A stretch of DNA of 63,602 nt, filler included, from Chrysochromulina tobinii (GCA_001275005.1; 6 parts of 6 records of this genome joined end to end with filler, not necessarily neighbours in it), one strand, 5' to 3'. Counted from the first letter of the whole stretch, positions 1-10,751 are shown. The notes: generated by a model not told the origin, from the letters alone. Numbers and translations: made by a program.

Positions 1-1
1 G

Positions 2-3000
2 GGGGGAGGGGCGAGGAGTGACATACGGCATCGGCGGCATCGGCGGCCTTGAAGGTGGAGGAGACGGAGGCGGAGGTGACGGCGGCGAACGTGGCGGAGG
101 TGACGGCGGCGGCGGCGGCCGGAGTTCCGGCACTGGCGGCAAAGGCGGCGGAGGCGGAGTCCACGGAGGCCGCGGGGGCGGCGGGGTCCGCGGCGGTGAT
201 GGCCGAGGTGGCTGTGGCGGTGGGCTGGGCGATGGCGGCGGCGCCTGTGGCATGTCAGCTGGTATATCAGGCGGGTAAGCAGGGGGTGGCGGAAGAGGAG
301 GTGGTGGCGGGCTTGGGCTCGGGGGGGGGGGTGAAGGCGATGGTGGTGGTGGTGAAGGCGAAGGCGGCGGTGGTGATGGTGGGGGAGGAGATGGTGGGGG
401 AGGGGAGGGCGCACTGTCAAGCCGCATCATGCTGACAGCAGAGACGCTCTGGACGGTCACACCGAGGGCCGTCGAGAGGCTGCCAAGGTCGGCCATGTTG
501 AGAGTGCTCGACGCGGCGCCGGTAGCTGCGGCCGAGCTCATGGCTATTTCCGCGACCACGCTCAGTGATGCCGCCGTGACGTACAGGGTGATCTGATTAG
601 CAGTGACACCGGTGAAAAGCGATGCCAGGTTCGTACGAAAGGCGAGGCGCGCCGTCAGATCGAAAGAGGAAATGTCACCCGCGATCGTGAACGACGCGCG
701 CACGATGTGCTGGTAAGAGCCGCCAGGGGACAGAGGCGGCGGAAATGCAGGGGGGCACGGCAACGGTGCTCCCCCGGGAGGGTATGGAGGAGGCTTTGGT
801 GGCGGCCGGGGTGGAGGTGTTGGGGGAGGCCGAGGCAGGAAGGATTGAATCGCAAATGTGAGCCGCGGTAGTGCTCGGAATGCGTATCCACTGCTGGCGT
901 AGCGAGGTGCCGCCGAGCCCAGGAATGGGAATGCGCGCGCATCGTCCGTGCCGCCAAGAGCGTCCTCCGTCTCAACCATGACTGCGATGCCGACGCTATC
1001 ACGAGCCTGCCAACCGGCCGAAGGATGCACGGCCACCTCATAACGGCCGCCGCCCCGGTGTGATGCACGCGCCAGCCAGTTGCCCGAGCCAGCGACCACG
1101 CCTTCTGAAGAGCCGACAGTATAGTTGGCAACACCCTGGTACGCAATCTCCATGCGCACCGCTGTCCGGCTTGTCGCCGGCTCACTTTGGCCGTCGAGAA
1201 GCCACACGTTCACCACGAGGTTGGCCCGCGAGCCCTCTTGCACACCAACGAACGACGATGTCGCGTTGAGCACGAAGCGCAGCTTGTTTCCGACGACGAG
1301 CTGCAGGAAGCGCACATCGGTGCCTCCTGCCCGCTCACCGTCGAGCGTCGGATCGAGCTGCTGCTGCGCCCACGGGCACTGGTCCGCTAGGTTCTGAACG
1401 CCAATGTTGATCAGCATCGCAGTGAGCACGTCAATCGCAGTCAGGTCACAGTCCGAGTTGATGTCGCCCCATCTGCCCACCAGGCAGCCGTTCGCGTCTG
1501 TTGTACACACAGGCGCCAGTCGACGTGGCCGTCGAGATGTCTCCAGCGCAGCCGGTGGCACAAGCAGCCGCTCGTCCATTCGCCGCCCACCCGTGCCGAA
1601 GACAGCGGCATAGCCGTGGCCGGCAGCGATCGGTACCATAGACACGCGGCTCAGCTGCGTTGAGCTGCCCGTCGCGTGCCGCACTAGCTCGACGATCTCG
1701 CCAGACAGCAGCGTGACTGCCGACATGCGCACTGAAAGCGACACCGTGCCGAGCAGCACGTAGCTGCCCTGGAGCGTTGAGCTCACGTCGACGCCAACCA
1801 GCTGAGCGCGGTCGATCGGATCGTTAATGGTGCACGTGAAGCCGCCCATATCACCGCCAGTGCACTGCGTCGCCGCGAGAACTGCCGCATCGAAGTGTAT
1901 CTCCACCTGGTAGGCCACCAGTCGGCCGCTCGCTGCATTGGCACGTACCTGCACAGAGAGCCCGCCGCCTGCCTGCAGAAACTGCAACCCGCTGCTGCGG
2001 CCGAGATCGACATCGTCGAGCGCCGGCCGCAAATTGGCGGCCACCCGCTGCAAGCCTGCAGGGGCGGGCGATTGCGTGCCAGAGCACACCGCGCTCCTTG
2101 CTGCGAGCTCGATAGCCTCGTAGTGGTTTGCACGCAGCGAGAAGCCACCCAAAGCGTCAGGCACCACTGAAGAAGGCACGCTGCTCGTAAAGTTGAGAAG
2201 CGCAGGGATCGGGATCCAATCGAGCACCGCCGCAAGTGGGAATTGGCTGCCGTCATCGAAGCCCATCGCTGTCACGGCCTGCGCGCGCGTGCCATTGATG
2301 CCACCAAAAGACAGCTCACCGGCCGAACCAAGGCTCGGAAGGCTGAGTGTCACGGATGTCACATTCGCAGGAGCTGATATCACCAGCAGTGATGACGTCG
2401 CATTCTGCACACCAAAGGCGCCCCGGACCACGACGAGGCCCGCGCTGCTCGGGCGCACGATGTAGCTCACGCCTTGCCGGCTGACCAGCTGCACGCTCGA
2501 TGCACCATTTGCGGGCGCCACGAGCGTGATCGAGCCGTGGTCGGTCACTGTGTACACTGACCCATCGCTTAGGGTCGCACGGAGGCCGACTCGCGCGTTC
2601 TGGAAGTAGTTCGAGCAGCCTACACGGCGAAGAGTCGACAGCTGCGTCGCGCCGGGGTAGCTCGGGAAGGCCAGCATCGTGATGCTGAGCTGTGCAAGCC
2701 GCACAATCGGCACGCTCGCATTCCTCACGAGACCAAACACGCCCACCGTCGCCACCACCACGATCTCGGAGCACGCCGCACCATCGAGCATGGCTATTAA
2801 ATTGCCATCAATTGCCGCACACCCTGCCGACGCGCTGGTAAGAGCATAGCTCGTGCGGTCATCCTTAGAGAAGTCACGTGTTGACCCATCACTGAAAGTC
2901 ACCAAGAGTAGTAGCGCTGTCGAGTGTGCAACCGCGATGGGCATTACGGCGGCCGAGTCGTCTGGACTGGTCAGCCGCATCACACCAAGATCTAAGCTCA

Positions 3001-6000
3001 TCGAGACTGCGTCCGGAAGCTGCAGGCGGATAGGTGCATACCCACTCGCTACGACTGCGTTACACCTCTGCCACGACACCTGTACGAAGCCGCCGCAAAC
3101 GGCGGTCGCTCCGACCGCCACCTGCACGCCCCACGGGCCCATCGCACCGTTGAGCTGCGCCGTGAGCCCGCTCGAGAGCGAGAACACGAGCATCTCGCTC
3201 GCGCGAAGCTGCAGCTGCTGCCCATCGGTGAAGCGCGCCACAGCTTGTACCTCGCCAGTTGCCCCTTCGACGACAAGCTGTTGCTGCAGCCGCAAGCTTG
3301 CTGGCATCTGAGCGCTCACCGGCTGCCAGGGCACAGATGACGACAGCGATTGGTTCCAGGAGATGCCAGTCACAACCAGTGCGAGGATGCTGACCACGCT
3401 CACGCTCGCATTACTCACCCGCACCACCGCGGCTCCAGCCAGCGTGAACGCACTCGAGCCGCTCAGTATGATGCGCGCCTCGCCAGGAGCCGCGGCTGTC
3501 ACCTCGCGGCCGCTCACTACCACGGCTGAGCCAATGGCGCCAAAGCTCACAAGTCGAGAAACGTCGACGCCCGCCACGCTCGGCAGCCCGGCGCCACCAA
3601 ATGTTGCCACCGCAGAGACCCGCGTCGACTGATACGCGGGGCGGCTACAGTCGCTGCTCGCGCTCACACCCGCGATGCGATGAAGCTCCGCGTCCTCGGC
3701 ATTGACTACTAACTGAAGTGGGTACCACACACGAACGGCAACAACGGCTTGCAAGTCGCCCAAGCTGACCAGCACTTCGACGCTAGACTTGCCGGCAGTA
3801 TTGGTTGAGGCCACGACAACCCTGCACCCGTCGAGCTCAAATACTGCAAAGCTGTCTGCCTGTGAACAACTGTACGAGGACGCCGGCGCACTCGTCAGCC
3901 CAGACTGCGGCCGGTCGAACCACATGAGCGCCGTGATCCTAGTGTCCACCTCCACGCCATCGAGGACAGCGGTATTGGTGAGCTCGGTCGTAGGAGCGTA
4001 CGCGAGCACACCCACTGCGCGAATAGGCACGACTGTGAGCTGCCCCTCAGATTGCAACCCATTACGTTCATCGCTCACGCCCGCAGGCCGCGCGCTCACA
4101 TACTCGAATGTGCCCTGATTGATCATGGAATCGGCGGTCGCACGGATCACTCCACCGAATTTTATTTCTTCGCTTACCGTCATGATCACCTTGAATGTGA
4201 ATGTTGCGAGGGTCAGGCTCGATCGATTGGTCACGGTGCTGGGATCGACTCCCGAAGCCAGCCCGCTAGCAAGTGCGATGAATGTGCCCGCCGACTCAAG
4301 GTGCGAGTCTAACGGCTGCTGATACGCGGATGAGTAGCTCCAAGACATCAATCGCAGCACTGTCACATCATACTGCATCGTGAACCTCCACAGCATCAGT
4401 GCAAACGCCGGCGCGCCTGTGTGCGCTGACACTGTCACCCTGAACGTATCGTTAGTAAAGAGCGGAGCACGCACAGACGATACCAGCATGCCAGCCGACG
4501 ACAACGCGGGATGCAACGGCGCCCCTGCCAGCTGTACTTCGCCCGCGTCCGTCCTCATGATCTCAGTGCCGTCGTAGGAAAGTATAACGATTGCAGACGC
4601 CGTCGCCTCGGAGCTGAACCAGCTGGCTGGCAACGTATCTGTGCACTCGCCAGCGCCGCCAGCTGGTAGCTGGACCGAGCACAAAGAGCTTGTACGCACC
4701 AGCTGCCCGTTGGAGTGGGTCAGCTCGAGCACCACTGCAAGGCCTGCAAGGCGAACTTGTGTGTTTCCTGCTGGGTCGCGCAGCTGGAAGCCAATCGCAA
4801 CCGAGCTCCGGTCGATATACAAGCTCGTGGTACGTGCGCTAGCGACCAAGGTGGCCGCGTGGGGCAACGACACTGAGTAGTTTGACTGAATGGTGAATGA
4901 CGTACCATTCGCAATGCCCCGAACGGAGCCAGAGGCGCCGGCAGGTTGCCCGCGGAAGAAACCAAAGTGCGCGCCTCTCACGTCGCGTGCTGACACTGAG
5001 GTGGTCGCTAGCGCATACCCAGGGCTGTTCCCGACTAGCGACACCGTGCCGATGCCGTCAGAGACCAGCAGTGCGTCATCTTCGCAGTACAAAGGTGGAA
5101 GTGATGAAGGTGGTGGCGGAGACGGTGGCGGTGGCAGCGGAGGCGGCGGTGACGGCCCAGGTGGAGGAGAAGGTGGCGGAGGTGTCATGGAGATTCCAAA
5201 CGAAGTGATCACACTCAAAGAAGGAGACGAAATGATATCTATCGGGTTGAAGAAAGAGCTCGGCGTCGAAGTTATGTCGAGTAGCGACATGCCTGCTGGA
5301 TGACTAGTCACATCGGTGGGCAGCCAAAGGGGTGGAACTTGCAGCCCGCGGAGCGGATGGTGTGTAGGCAATGTCACGGCGGGCATGAGCGCAAAATCAC
5401 CTTTCTCTTGTAAAGTCAGGACGCCCTCTTGGTGAATAGGTGTACGACCTGGCTCGTAAAGTTGGTCGAAGCGCAACAAGCTATCCGGTGGAAGGGAGCT
5501 GAACGACGCAAAGCTGCTTGCCACGAGGGAGGTGGGAATAGCCAGGTCCATGTGGTGCATTACTTCCATGTCTTCCACGATCGCTCTGTCGAAGGCCTCT
5601 TGCAGCTGCTGCGCAGCCTCGGCAAAATGGAAATGCAAAGGCGGTACTGGGCCAAGCGAGCTGAAGGATGTAAAGCTGCTTGCAAGAAGTGATGTGACGG
5701 CATTCATGTTTAGCACGGCGTCGCCGTCAAAAGCGGGCACCGCAGGTAGATTGATGATGTCGAAGGCCTCTTGCAGCTGCTGTGCAGCCTCGGCAAAATG
5801 GAAATGCAAAGGCGGTACTGGGCCAAGCGAGCTGAAGGATGTAAAGCTGCTTGCAAGAAGTGATGTGACGGTATCCATGTTGAGCACTGCGCCGTCGTCA
5901 AAAGCGGGCGCCAGTATATCCATGTTGAGCAAGGCGTCTTCGTCAAAAGCGGGCGCCGATATATCCATGTTGAGCAGCACGGCGTCCTCGTCAAAAGCGG

Positions 6001-8167
6001 GAGCCTCAGTGAGATGTGCTGGAAAAATATCATTCGCCATTTTCGTGAATGAGTTCGTGCACGACGTCACCGCCATGAAGCTGCTTGCAAACGAGATTGC
6101 GGTGCCCCACGCTACATTGCCGTCCAAGTTTTGTGGCCCCGCCACGTCATTGTTGGCAGTACCGGCGGTAGCACCTAAGCCAACCAACCAATCATCCATG
6201 CGGAGCATCAGATCACGATGGTCGGCACCTTGGCTGCTGCGATCATCGTGTAACCACGCTGGCAATGCTAAGATGGTCTTATCGACTGCAGGGAGAGCAG
6301 CGACCAGATTGTGAGCACCTTGATCGTCCCCGAACTTCTCCATGCCGTCAAAGTGAATGAACGCCGCCGTGAGATCGGGTGGAAGTGCCCCTGCGTAGGG
6401 TGCGGTCACACCGATGAGTGAGTCACCTTCGTCAACCTCGACGGCGACGAGGTCAGGGAGGGAGAAGATCTCGAGCCTCGACGGGATGTATGCTGCAGCC
6501 ATGTCAACAAGAAGCTCAGGCGTTGCGACGTCCTGTGCCTGTCCCTCGTTGAGGTCCACGAGGAACGGGGCTGAAAGAAGCTGCTCATTGTCTGAGAGCG
6601 CGTGCACATGATTGAGCATCTCCTCATCTTCTGAGACAAGCAAGGGTTTGACGAAATGCCCCTCATCAGCCCCATGGCGGCGTGATCGCCCACCATCGAG
6701 ATAATGCTCAAGGCGTTGTGAAAAGGAGGAAAGCGACGAGAGGGAGGCGACGGCCATAGGAAGGCGAATGCCATCTACGTAATCATCGATCGGGTCGAAG
6801 GCAAACGCCATGAGCTCATCGTCATCATCTGCCCGCTTCCACGACCCAGGCACAGGCGCGTCGTCCACGTTCGTGAACAGCCACGACTCGCTCTCGCTGA
6901 GCAACAGCTCGTCATCGATGTCGAGCGATGGGCCATTCACGGTGTGGGCTTGTCGCCGCGGGCTTCCATTCTTTTCCACGGCGCGTTCGATTTCATCTGA
7001 GAGCATGTTTGTATCCAAAGCATCCAGCCAAGAATCGCTCCCATCGACGCTGGGCACGTCTCCATACAATGCGGTCATTCCACCAGTGTGCACCTCTTCG
7101 TTTGCGTCGATTTCGCTGATGCTGCCGAGGAACACCGCCAAGTCATCAAGGTCCATGGTCTCCAGATCGGGTGTGTTTGAATCGCTGCTGCCACCATCAA
7201 TGCTCGATGCTTCCAGCGCGGCTGGCTCCGTGGTAAGCTCCGTGGCGACCGACCGTTGCACGGCTACCTCGGCGGGCTTCGTAATTGCGAGAGGAAGTGA
7301 GTTGAAGAAGACATCGCCCTGGGCGCCCCCCAGAATGCCACTTCTACCGAAAAACAGTAGCGGATGGAGCGGAAGTGCTCCCGGTGGCACTGGTTTGTCA
7401 GCCACATCACGAAGAAGGTCGATGTTTGCATCCAGCCATGACTCTGTCTCCGTGATCACCTCCAATTCATCACTTTGGGGAGCCACTGCCATAAGCTCCT
7501 CGTCCGCTGCCATGAGCTCCTCGTCCGTCGGTCTTCGCTGGGGGCTTTCGAGGTTGGCTCCTCGGACAAAGGCATTCGGCGCAGGCCCATTGCCATGGAG
7601 ATCTATCGACGTTGCGAAGAGCGTACCGTCGGGCAGTGACATCATTTCCAAGAGGTTGGCCGGCGTGAAAGTAGGCAGGTGCATCGGCGCGACAAGCCCT
7701 AGGTTCTCTACGTTATGGCGTGCAGGCTCGTACACCGGCGGGCCGGCGCCGTCGCTATCGACAAGGCCAGTCGTGGGGCGCAAGAAGGATATTGTCAAAG
7801 GGAGCCACCCTTTGGCATCTGGTGCAGCTGCAGGTGCAGCGGCGCCTAAGGTGTTGACAGGGCCTGACGTGATCTGTAGTGGAACATCTGCAGTGCCGGG
7901 GATCTCAGCGGGCGCATCATGGACCGGCATCGACACGATGCGGTCGAGGGGATCGAAAGTGTCGATCATCTCGAATGGCGCATCATGGATTGGCATGGAC
8001 AAGAGATCCTCGACCTCTGCAAGCATCAGTCTGATCTCATCCTCGTCAAAGTTGAGGGCGGCATTGCTGTGCGCGAGGTTCGATGTGATGCTGAAGGCAA
8101 CAGCAGCTTTGGCGCACGACAACAGCATCAGGGCCGAGGCTGCTCGCAAAGAAGCAGATGGCGGCAT
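2..8167 (-). CDS. Giant secreted protein, 3'-partial (>2720 aa): signal peptide, ~990 aa acidic low-complexity region, poly-Pro linker, TMEM132-like cohesin + Ig-like region, second cohesin-like domain, dockerin-like module, SEA-like domain, poly-Pro
   Basis: Manual translation from ATG at 8167 (MPPSASLRAASALMLLSCAKAAVAF) stays open to the window edge. It is absent from the ORF track because it has no stop; the + strand shadow ORFs all share one phase. VRVWYPLQLVVNAEDAELHRIAG...AYQSTRV resembles TMEM132; WGDINSDCDLTAIDVL...LDPTLDGE..GTDVRFLQ resembles a dockerin. Confidence 0.85.
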   Translation of the reverse strand, partial: MPPSASLRAASALMLLSCAKAAVAFSITSNLAHSNAALNFDEDEIRLMLAEVEDLLSMPIHDAPFEMIDTFDPLDRIVSMPVHDAPAEIPGTADVPLQITSGPVNTLGAAAPAAAPDAKGWLPLTISFLRPTTGLVDSDGAGPPVYEPARHNVENLGLVAPMHLPTFTPANLLEMMSLPDGTLFATSIDLHGNGPAPNAFVRGANLESPQRRPTDEELMAADEELMAVAPQSDELEVITETESWLDANIDLLRDVADKPVPPGALPLHPLLFFGRSGILGGAQGDVFFNSLPLAITKPAEVAVQRSVATELTTEPAALEASSIDGGSSDSNTPDLETMDLDDLAVFLGSISEIDANEEVHTGGMTALYGDVPSVDGSDSWLDALDTNMLSDEIERAVEKNGSPRRQAHTVNGPSLDIDDELLLSESESWLFTNVDDAPVPGSWKRADDDDELMAFAFDPIDDYVDGIRLPMAVASLSSLSSFSQRLEHYLDGGRSRRHGADEGHFVKPLLVSEDEEMLNHVHALSDNEQLLSAPFLVDLNEGQAQDVATPELLVDMAAAYIPSRLEIFSLPDLVAVEVDEGDSLIGVTAPYAGALPPDLTAAFIHFDGMEKFGDDQGAHNLVAALPAVDKTILALPAWLHDDRSSQGADHRDLMLRMDDWLVGLGATAGTANNDVAGPQNLDGNVAWGTAISFASSFMAVTSCTNSFTKMANDIFPAHLTEAPAFDEDAVLLNMDISAPAFDEDALLNMDILAPAFDDGAVLNMDTVTSLLASSFTSFSSLGPVPPLHFHFAEAAQQLQEAFDIINLPAVPAFDGDAVLNMNAVTSLLASSFTSFSSLGPVPPLHFHFAEAAQQLQEAFDRAIVEDMEVMHHMDLAIPTSLVASSFASFSSLPPDSLLRFDQLYEPGRTPIHQEGVLTLQEKGDFALMPAVTLPTHHPLRGLQVPPLWLPTDVTSHPAGMSLLDITSTPSSFFNPIDIISSPSLSVITSFGISMTPPPPSPPPGPSPPPPLPPPPSPPPPSSLPPLYCEDDALLVSDGIGTVSLVGNSPGYALATTSVSARDVRGAHFGFFRGQPAGASGSVRGIANGTSFTIQSNYSVSLPHAATLVASARTTSLYIDRSSVAIGFQLRDPAGNTQVRLAGLAVVLELTHSNGQLVRTSSLCSVQLPAGGAGECTDTLPASWFSSEATASAIVILSYDGTEIMRTDAGEVQLAGAPLHPALSSAGMLVSSVRAPLFTNDTFRVTVSAHTGAPAFALMLWRFTMQYDVTVLRLMSWSYSSAYQQPLDSHLESAGTFIALASGLASGVDPSTVTNRSSLTLATFTFKVIMTVSEEIKFGGVIRATADSMINQGTFEYVSARPAGVSDERNGLQSEGQLTVVPIRAVGVLAYAPTTELTNTAVLDGVEVDTRITALMWFDRPQSGLTSAPASSYSCSQADSFAVFELDGCRVVVASTNTAGKSSVEVLVSLGDLQAVVAVRVWYPLQLVVNAEDAELHRIAGVSASSDCSRPAYQSTRVSAVATFGGAGLPSVAGVDVSRLVSFGAIGSAVVVSGREVTAAAPGEARIILSGSSAFTLAGAAVVRVSNASVSVVSILALVVTGISWNQSLSSSVPWQPVSAQMPASLRLQQQLVVEGATGEVQAVARFTDGQQLQLRASEMLVFSLSSGLTAQLNGAMGPWGVQVAVGATAVCGGFVQVSWQRCNAVVASGYAPIRLQLPDAVSMSLDLGVMRLTSPDDSAAVMPIAVAHSTALLLLVTFSDGSTRDFSKDDRTSYALTSASAGCAAIDGNLIAMLDGAACSEIVVVATVGVFGLVRNASVPIVRLAQLSITMLAFPSYPGATQLSTLRRVGCSNYFQNARVGLRATLSDGSVYTVTDHGSITLVAPANGASSVQLVSRQGVSYIVRPSSAGLVVVRGAFGVQNATSSLLVISAPANVTSVTLSLPSLGSAGELSFGGINGTRAQAVTAMGFDDGSQFPLAAVLDWIPIPALLNFTSSVPSSVVPDALGGFSLRANHYEAIELAARSAVCSGTQSPAPAGLQRVAANLRPALDDVDLGRSSGLQFLQAGGGLSVQVRANAASGRLVAYQVEIHFDAAVLAATQCTGGDMGGFTCTINDPIDRAQLVGVDVSSTLQGSYVLLGTVSLSVRMSAVTLLSGEIVELVRHATGSSTQLSRVSMVPIAAGHGYAAVFGTGGRRMDERLLVPPAALETSRRPRRLAPVCTTDANGCLVGRWGDINSDCDLTAIDVLTAMLINIGVQNLADQCPWAQQQLDPTLDGERAGGTDVRFLQLVVGNKLRFVLNATSSFVGVQEGSRANLVVNVWLLDGQSEPATSRTAVRMEIAYQGVANYTVGSSEGVVAGSGNWLARASHRGGGRYEVAVHPSAGWQARDSVGIAVMVETEDALGGTDDARAFPFLGSAAPRYASSGYAFRALPRLTFAIQSFLPRPPPTPPPRPPPKPPPYPPGGAPLPCPPAFPPPLSPGGSYQHIVRASFTIAGDISSFDLTARLAFRTNLASLFTGVTANQITLYVTAASLSVVAEIAMSSAAATGAASSTLNMADLGSLSTALGVTVQSVSAVSMMRLDSAPSPPPPSPPPPSPPPPSPSPPPPSPSPPPPSPSPPPPPLPPPPAYPPDIPADMPQAPPPSPSPPPQPPRPSPPRTPPPPRPPWTPPPPPLPPVPELRPPPPPSPPPRSPPSPPPPSPPPSRPPMPPMPYVTPRPSP
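5588..5872. repeat. Internal direct duplication (period 171 bp) within the giant gene, encoding VTSLLASSFTSFSSLGPVPPLHFHFAEAAQQLQEAFD twice
   Basis: gtcgaaggcctcttgcagctgctg...gatgtgacgg occurs at ~5588 and ~5759. Confidence 0.9.
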
Positions 8168-8428
8168 GACCTGCGTGGCCAAGTGATGCCCACACGCCCA
8201 CCGATGGGCCTATTTTTGCTAGGGCGGGCGGCGCCACAGATTGCGACGGGCACTTGCCCATTTTAGGTTAAGAAACGAACGGTTGCATGCACGCCCCTTT
8301 GGGCCCGAGCCCCCCGCACCTTTGAGCCCAAGCCGCCCAATCAGCCACAGTCTGTTCAGCCAAACTTCGAGGCGCTGCGACCAAACTTGCGCTCGCGTCC
8401 GGTGAAAAAACTTCGCGGCGAGCGAGAG

Positions 8429-9061
8429 ATGAGCCCTCCTATGGGCGTCGTGCGAACGATCTTGTTTTTGCTGTTCGCGCCGCTAGCACTCGCGTGCGCA
8501 TCCACGCGACTGTTGACGCTCAAATGGCTGGATGATTTCATCATCGGCCACAAGCTGTGTCCCTTTGCAGCAGCAGCTAGGAGATCGACCAGGGTTGTCG
8601 TTGAGCAAGGAGATGAGCGAGCAGCTTTGTTGACGATTGAGTCCGAACTTCATTCGCTGCGAGCCGTGCCAACAGATAAGGCCGCCACCACCCTCGTCGT
8701 GCTGCCGCGCCTGCAATCTTTCGAGGCACTCATGCAATTTCGTGGTTCAGCAGAAGGCATTGCCGAAGCGGACGTCCAGGCGGCGCGCGTGCAAGTGCTT
8801 GCCTTTCATCCCGACGCTGCGTTCGGTTACGACGACGATGACCCGGCGGACTGGAGTATGCGCTCCCCCTTCCCTATGCTGCATCTGCTGAGAGATACCG
8901 ACGTGGAGGCTGCTGACAAAGTATGGGCTGCACAGCACGCACCAAACGACCCGCCAGGCATCCAGGAGCGCAACGCCGCGTATCTGCGCGGGCTCGGGCG
9001 CGAGGCAGCGGCTTCCGCCGCACGGGCTTGTATACGGACTTTCTCAGACACTATAGATTGA
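8429..9061 (+). CDS. DUF1415 family protein with N-terminal signal peptide
   Basis: WLDDFIIGHKLCPFA, AFHPD and RSPFPMLHLLR motifs typical of DUF1415; start may be 8429 or 8441. Confidence 0.85.
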   Translation: MSPPMGVVRTILFLLFAPLALACASTRLLTLKWLDDFIIGHKLCPFAAAARRSTRVVVEQGDERAALLTIESELHSLRAVPTDKAATTLVVLPRLQSFEALMQFRGSAEGIAEADVQAARVQVLAFHPDAAFGYDDDDPADWSMRSPFPMLHLLRDTDVEAADKVWAAQHAPNDPPGIQERNAAYLRGLGREAAASAARACIRTFSDTID

Positions 9062-9472
9062 GTCACCACCTTACTCCTGTCACTGTGGCTTCGTAGAGAG
9101 CGAGTCCTCAGTACATTGTACTGAACTTGTGTTGACCGAGGGGCGAGGGGTGTACGAGGGGTGCTGAGCCGTCCTTTGAGACGTGGTGAGCGCGGGGGAC
9201 CGTGCGAAGGCGCCGTTCCGGTATCGTCGCGAGACTTCTCGTGCTTGGGGGTCCGGAGGTTGTGCGCGTGTGTGTTTCACAGTTGCAGCAGACTTCTTCG
9301 GGGTCCGCTCGCGACGCTCGCCACATGTGCGCGCTCCAAACTCACCGGAACCGTCGCGACGTGGTAGTCGCCATCCGCGTGGCACACTCACTCACCCACC
9401 CTCGTGCCCTGTGATCGCTGAACGCTGTGCAGGAACAGCGGATGGGGGCAACAGCAGCACCAGCAGCAGCAC

Positions 9473-9743
9473 ATGCTACCAGGTGCACAGCTTCCCGGCA
9501 TGCAGCTTCCCGGCGCGCAGCTGCCTATCGCTCAACTTCCCGACATTAGCTGTGACGGCGATTCTACCGGCGGCCTGCTGCCGGCAAGGCCCGGTGCGCT
9601 CGGGCTGCCATCGGCGCAAGACTTTGGCGGCTTCGAGCAGGAGCAGCACGGCAGCGGCATGGGTGGCTTTTCGGGTGGCCAGCCGCTCTTTCCCGGGCAG
9701 CAGCAGCAGCACCACCAGCTGAAGCCGCCGCCGCCGCCGCCGC
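9473..9743 (+). CDS. Low-complexity Gln/Pro/Gly-rich coding fragment truncated at contig end
   Basis: MLPGAQLPGMQLPG... runs into a (ccg)n tract and the gap. Confidence 0.35.
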
Positions 9744-9843
9744 NNNNNNNNNNNNNNNNNNNNNNNNNNNNNNNNNNNNNNNNNNNNTTAATTAATTAAN
9801 NNNNNNNNNNNNNNNNNNNNNNNNNNNNNNNNNNNNNNNNNNN
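9744..9843. other. Artificial contig spacer (N run + TTAATTAATTAA)
   Basis: Six-frame stop linker flanked by Ns. Confidence 0.99.
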
Positions 9844-10751
9844 CATCTTTGTCCCCCATGTCCCGGCGCCTTGCAAAACGTTCGGAGTTCGAGGTGTCGT
9901 TTCACAAAAATGATCAAAAAATAATAATCAAATCCCACGCTATCTTGTTGGCGCTCGCCCCCCGCACCGGTAATGCTAATGCCTCGAGAATCCCAAATCG
10001 CGAATCGCGGGACCGGGAGACCGCCCGGGTCACCTATGTAATCCAAATTCCCCACCGCCCGCCGCCCGGCCGCGAGCGGCCGTGCAGCGACCATAACCGA
10101 CCCAACCCGTTCACGATCGGATCAGCACGTCCGGACAGTCACACGCTGCCTCGGCGCTCGCGGGCTCGGGCGCGGCTTTGACGCGCCTCCTGAATCTGTC
10201 CACGCCTCTACGGTCACGCCTCAGGTTCTCGCGAAACCGGCCGGCACCCGCTGCGCTCCGACCGCCGTCGACGGTCTCTCGTCCAGTTCTCCAGGGCCGG
10301 GCTGATGACTTTCGAAAGTGACCCTTTGAGTGTGAGCTGTGAGAGTGTCCTGAGTGCTCCTCTAACGCCGCGCGGAATCAAACCGCGCCGTGGTCCGCGT
10401 GTGCGGAGCCGCACTGCGGTAAGCCGCGTGCGGAAAAACAAAAAGTCACGCGGCCGGACGCTGACCCCGTCGTAACCCCGTCGCTACCCCGTCGCGTGCT
10501 CCCTGTTGCTTCCCTGTTGCCCGTCACGAGACCTCGAGAGAGTTCCGACGGCGATGCCGAACGAGGAGGTGTGCTGCCACAGAGCACGCGACGCGCGAGC
10601 GCGTCCCCCGCTGAGATTTAGCAGCGTGCCAAGTGCACTGTCTCTACCCCGAGCGTCGACCCGACCCGTCACCCGAGAGTGTGAGAGACCGCGCCACGCA
10701 CTTACACGCACTCGTATCATGTGGGAGAGCAAGCACTGCTTGATCGAAGCC

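Noticed and set aside
5532..8186. Long + strand ORFs (260 aa, 458 aa)
   Set aside because: Ser-rich antisense shadows of the giant minus-strand gene
9744..9843. TTAATTAATTAA as a biological motif (also at four other gaps)
   Set aside because: Identical artificial linker inside N runs; gene clustering across these gaps is not meaningful
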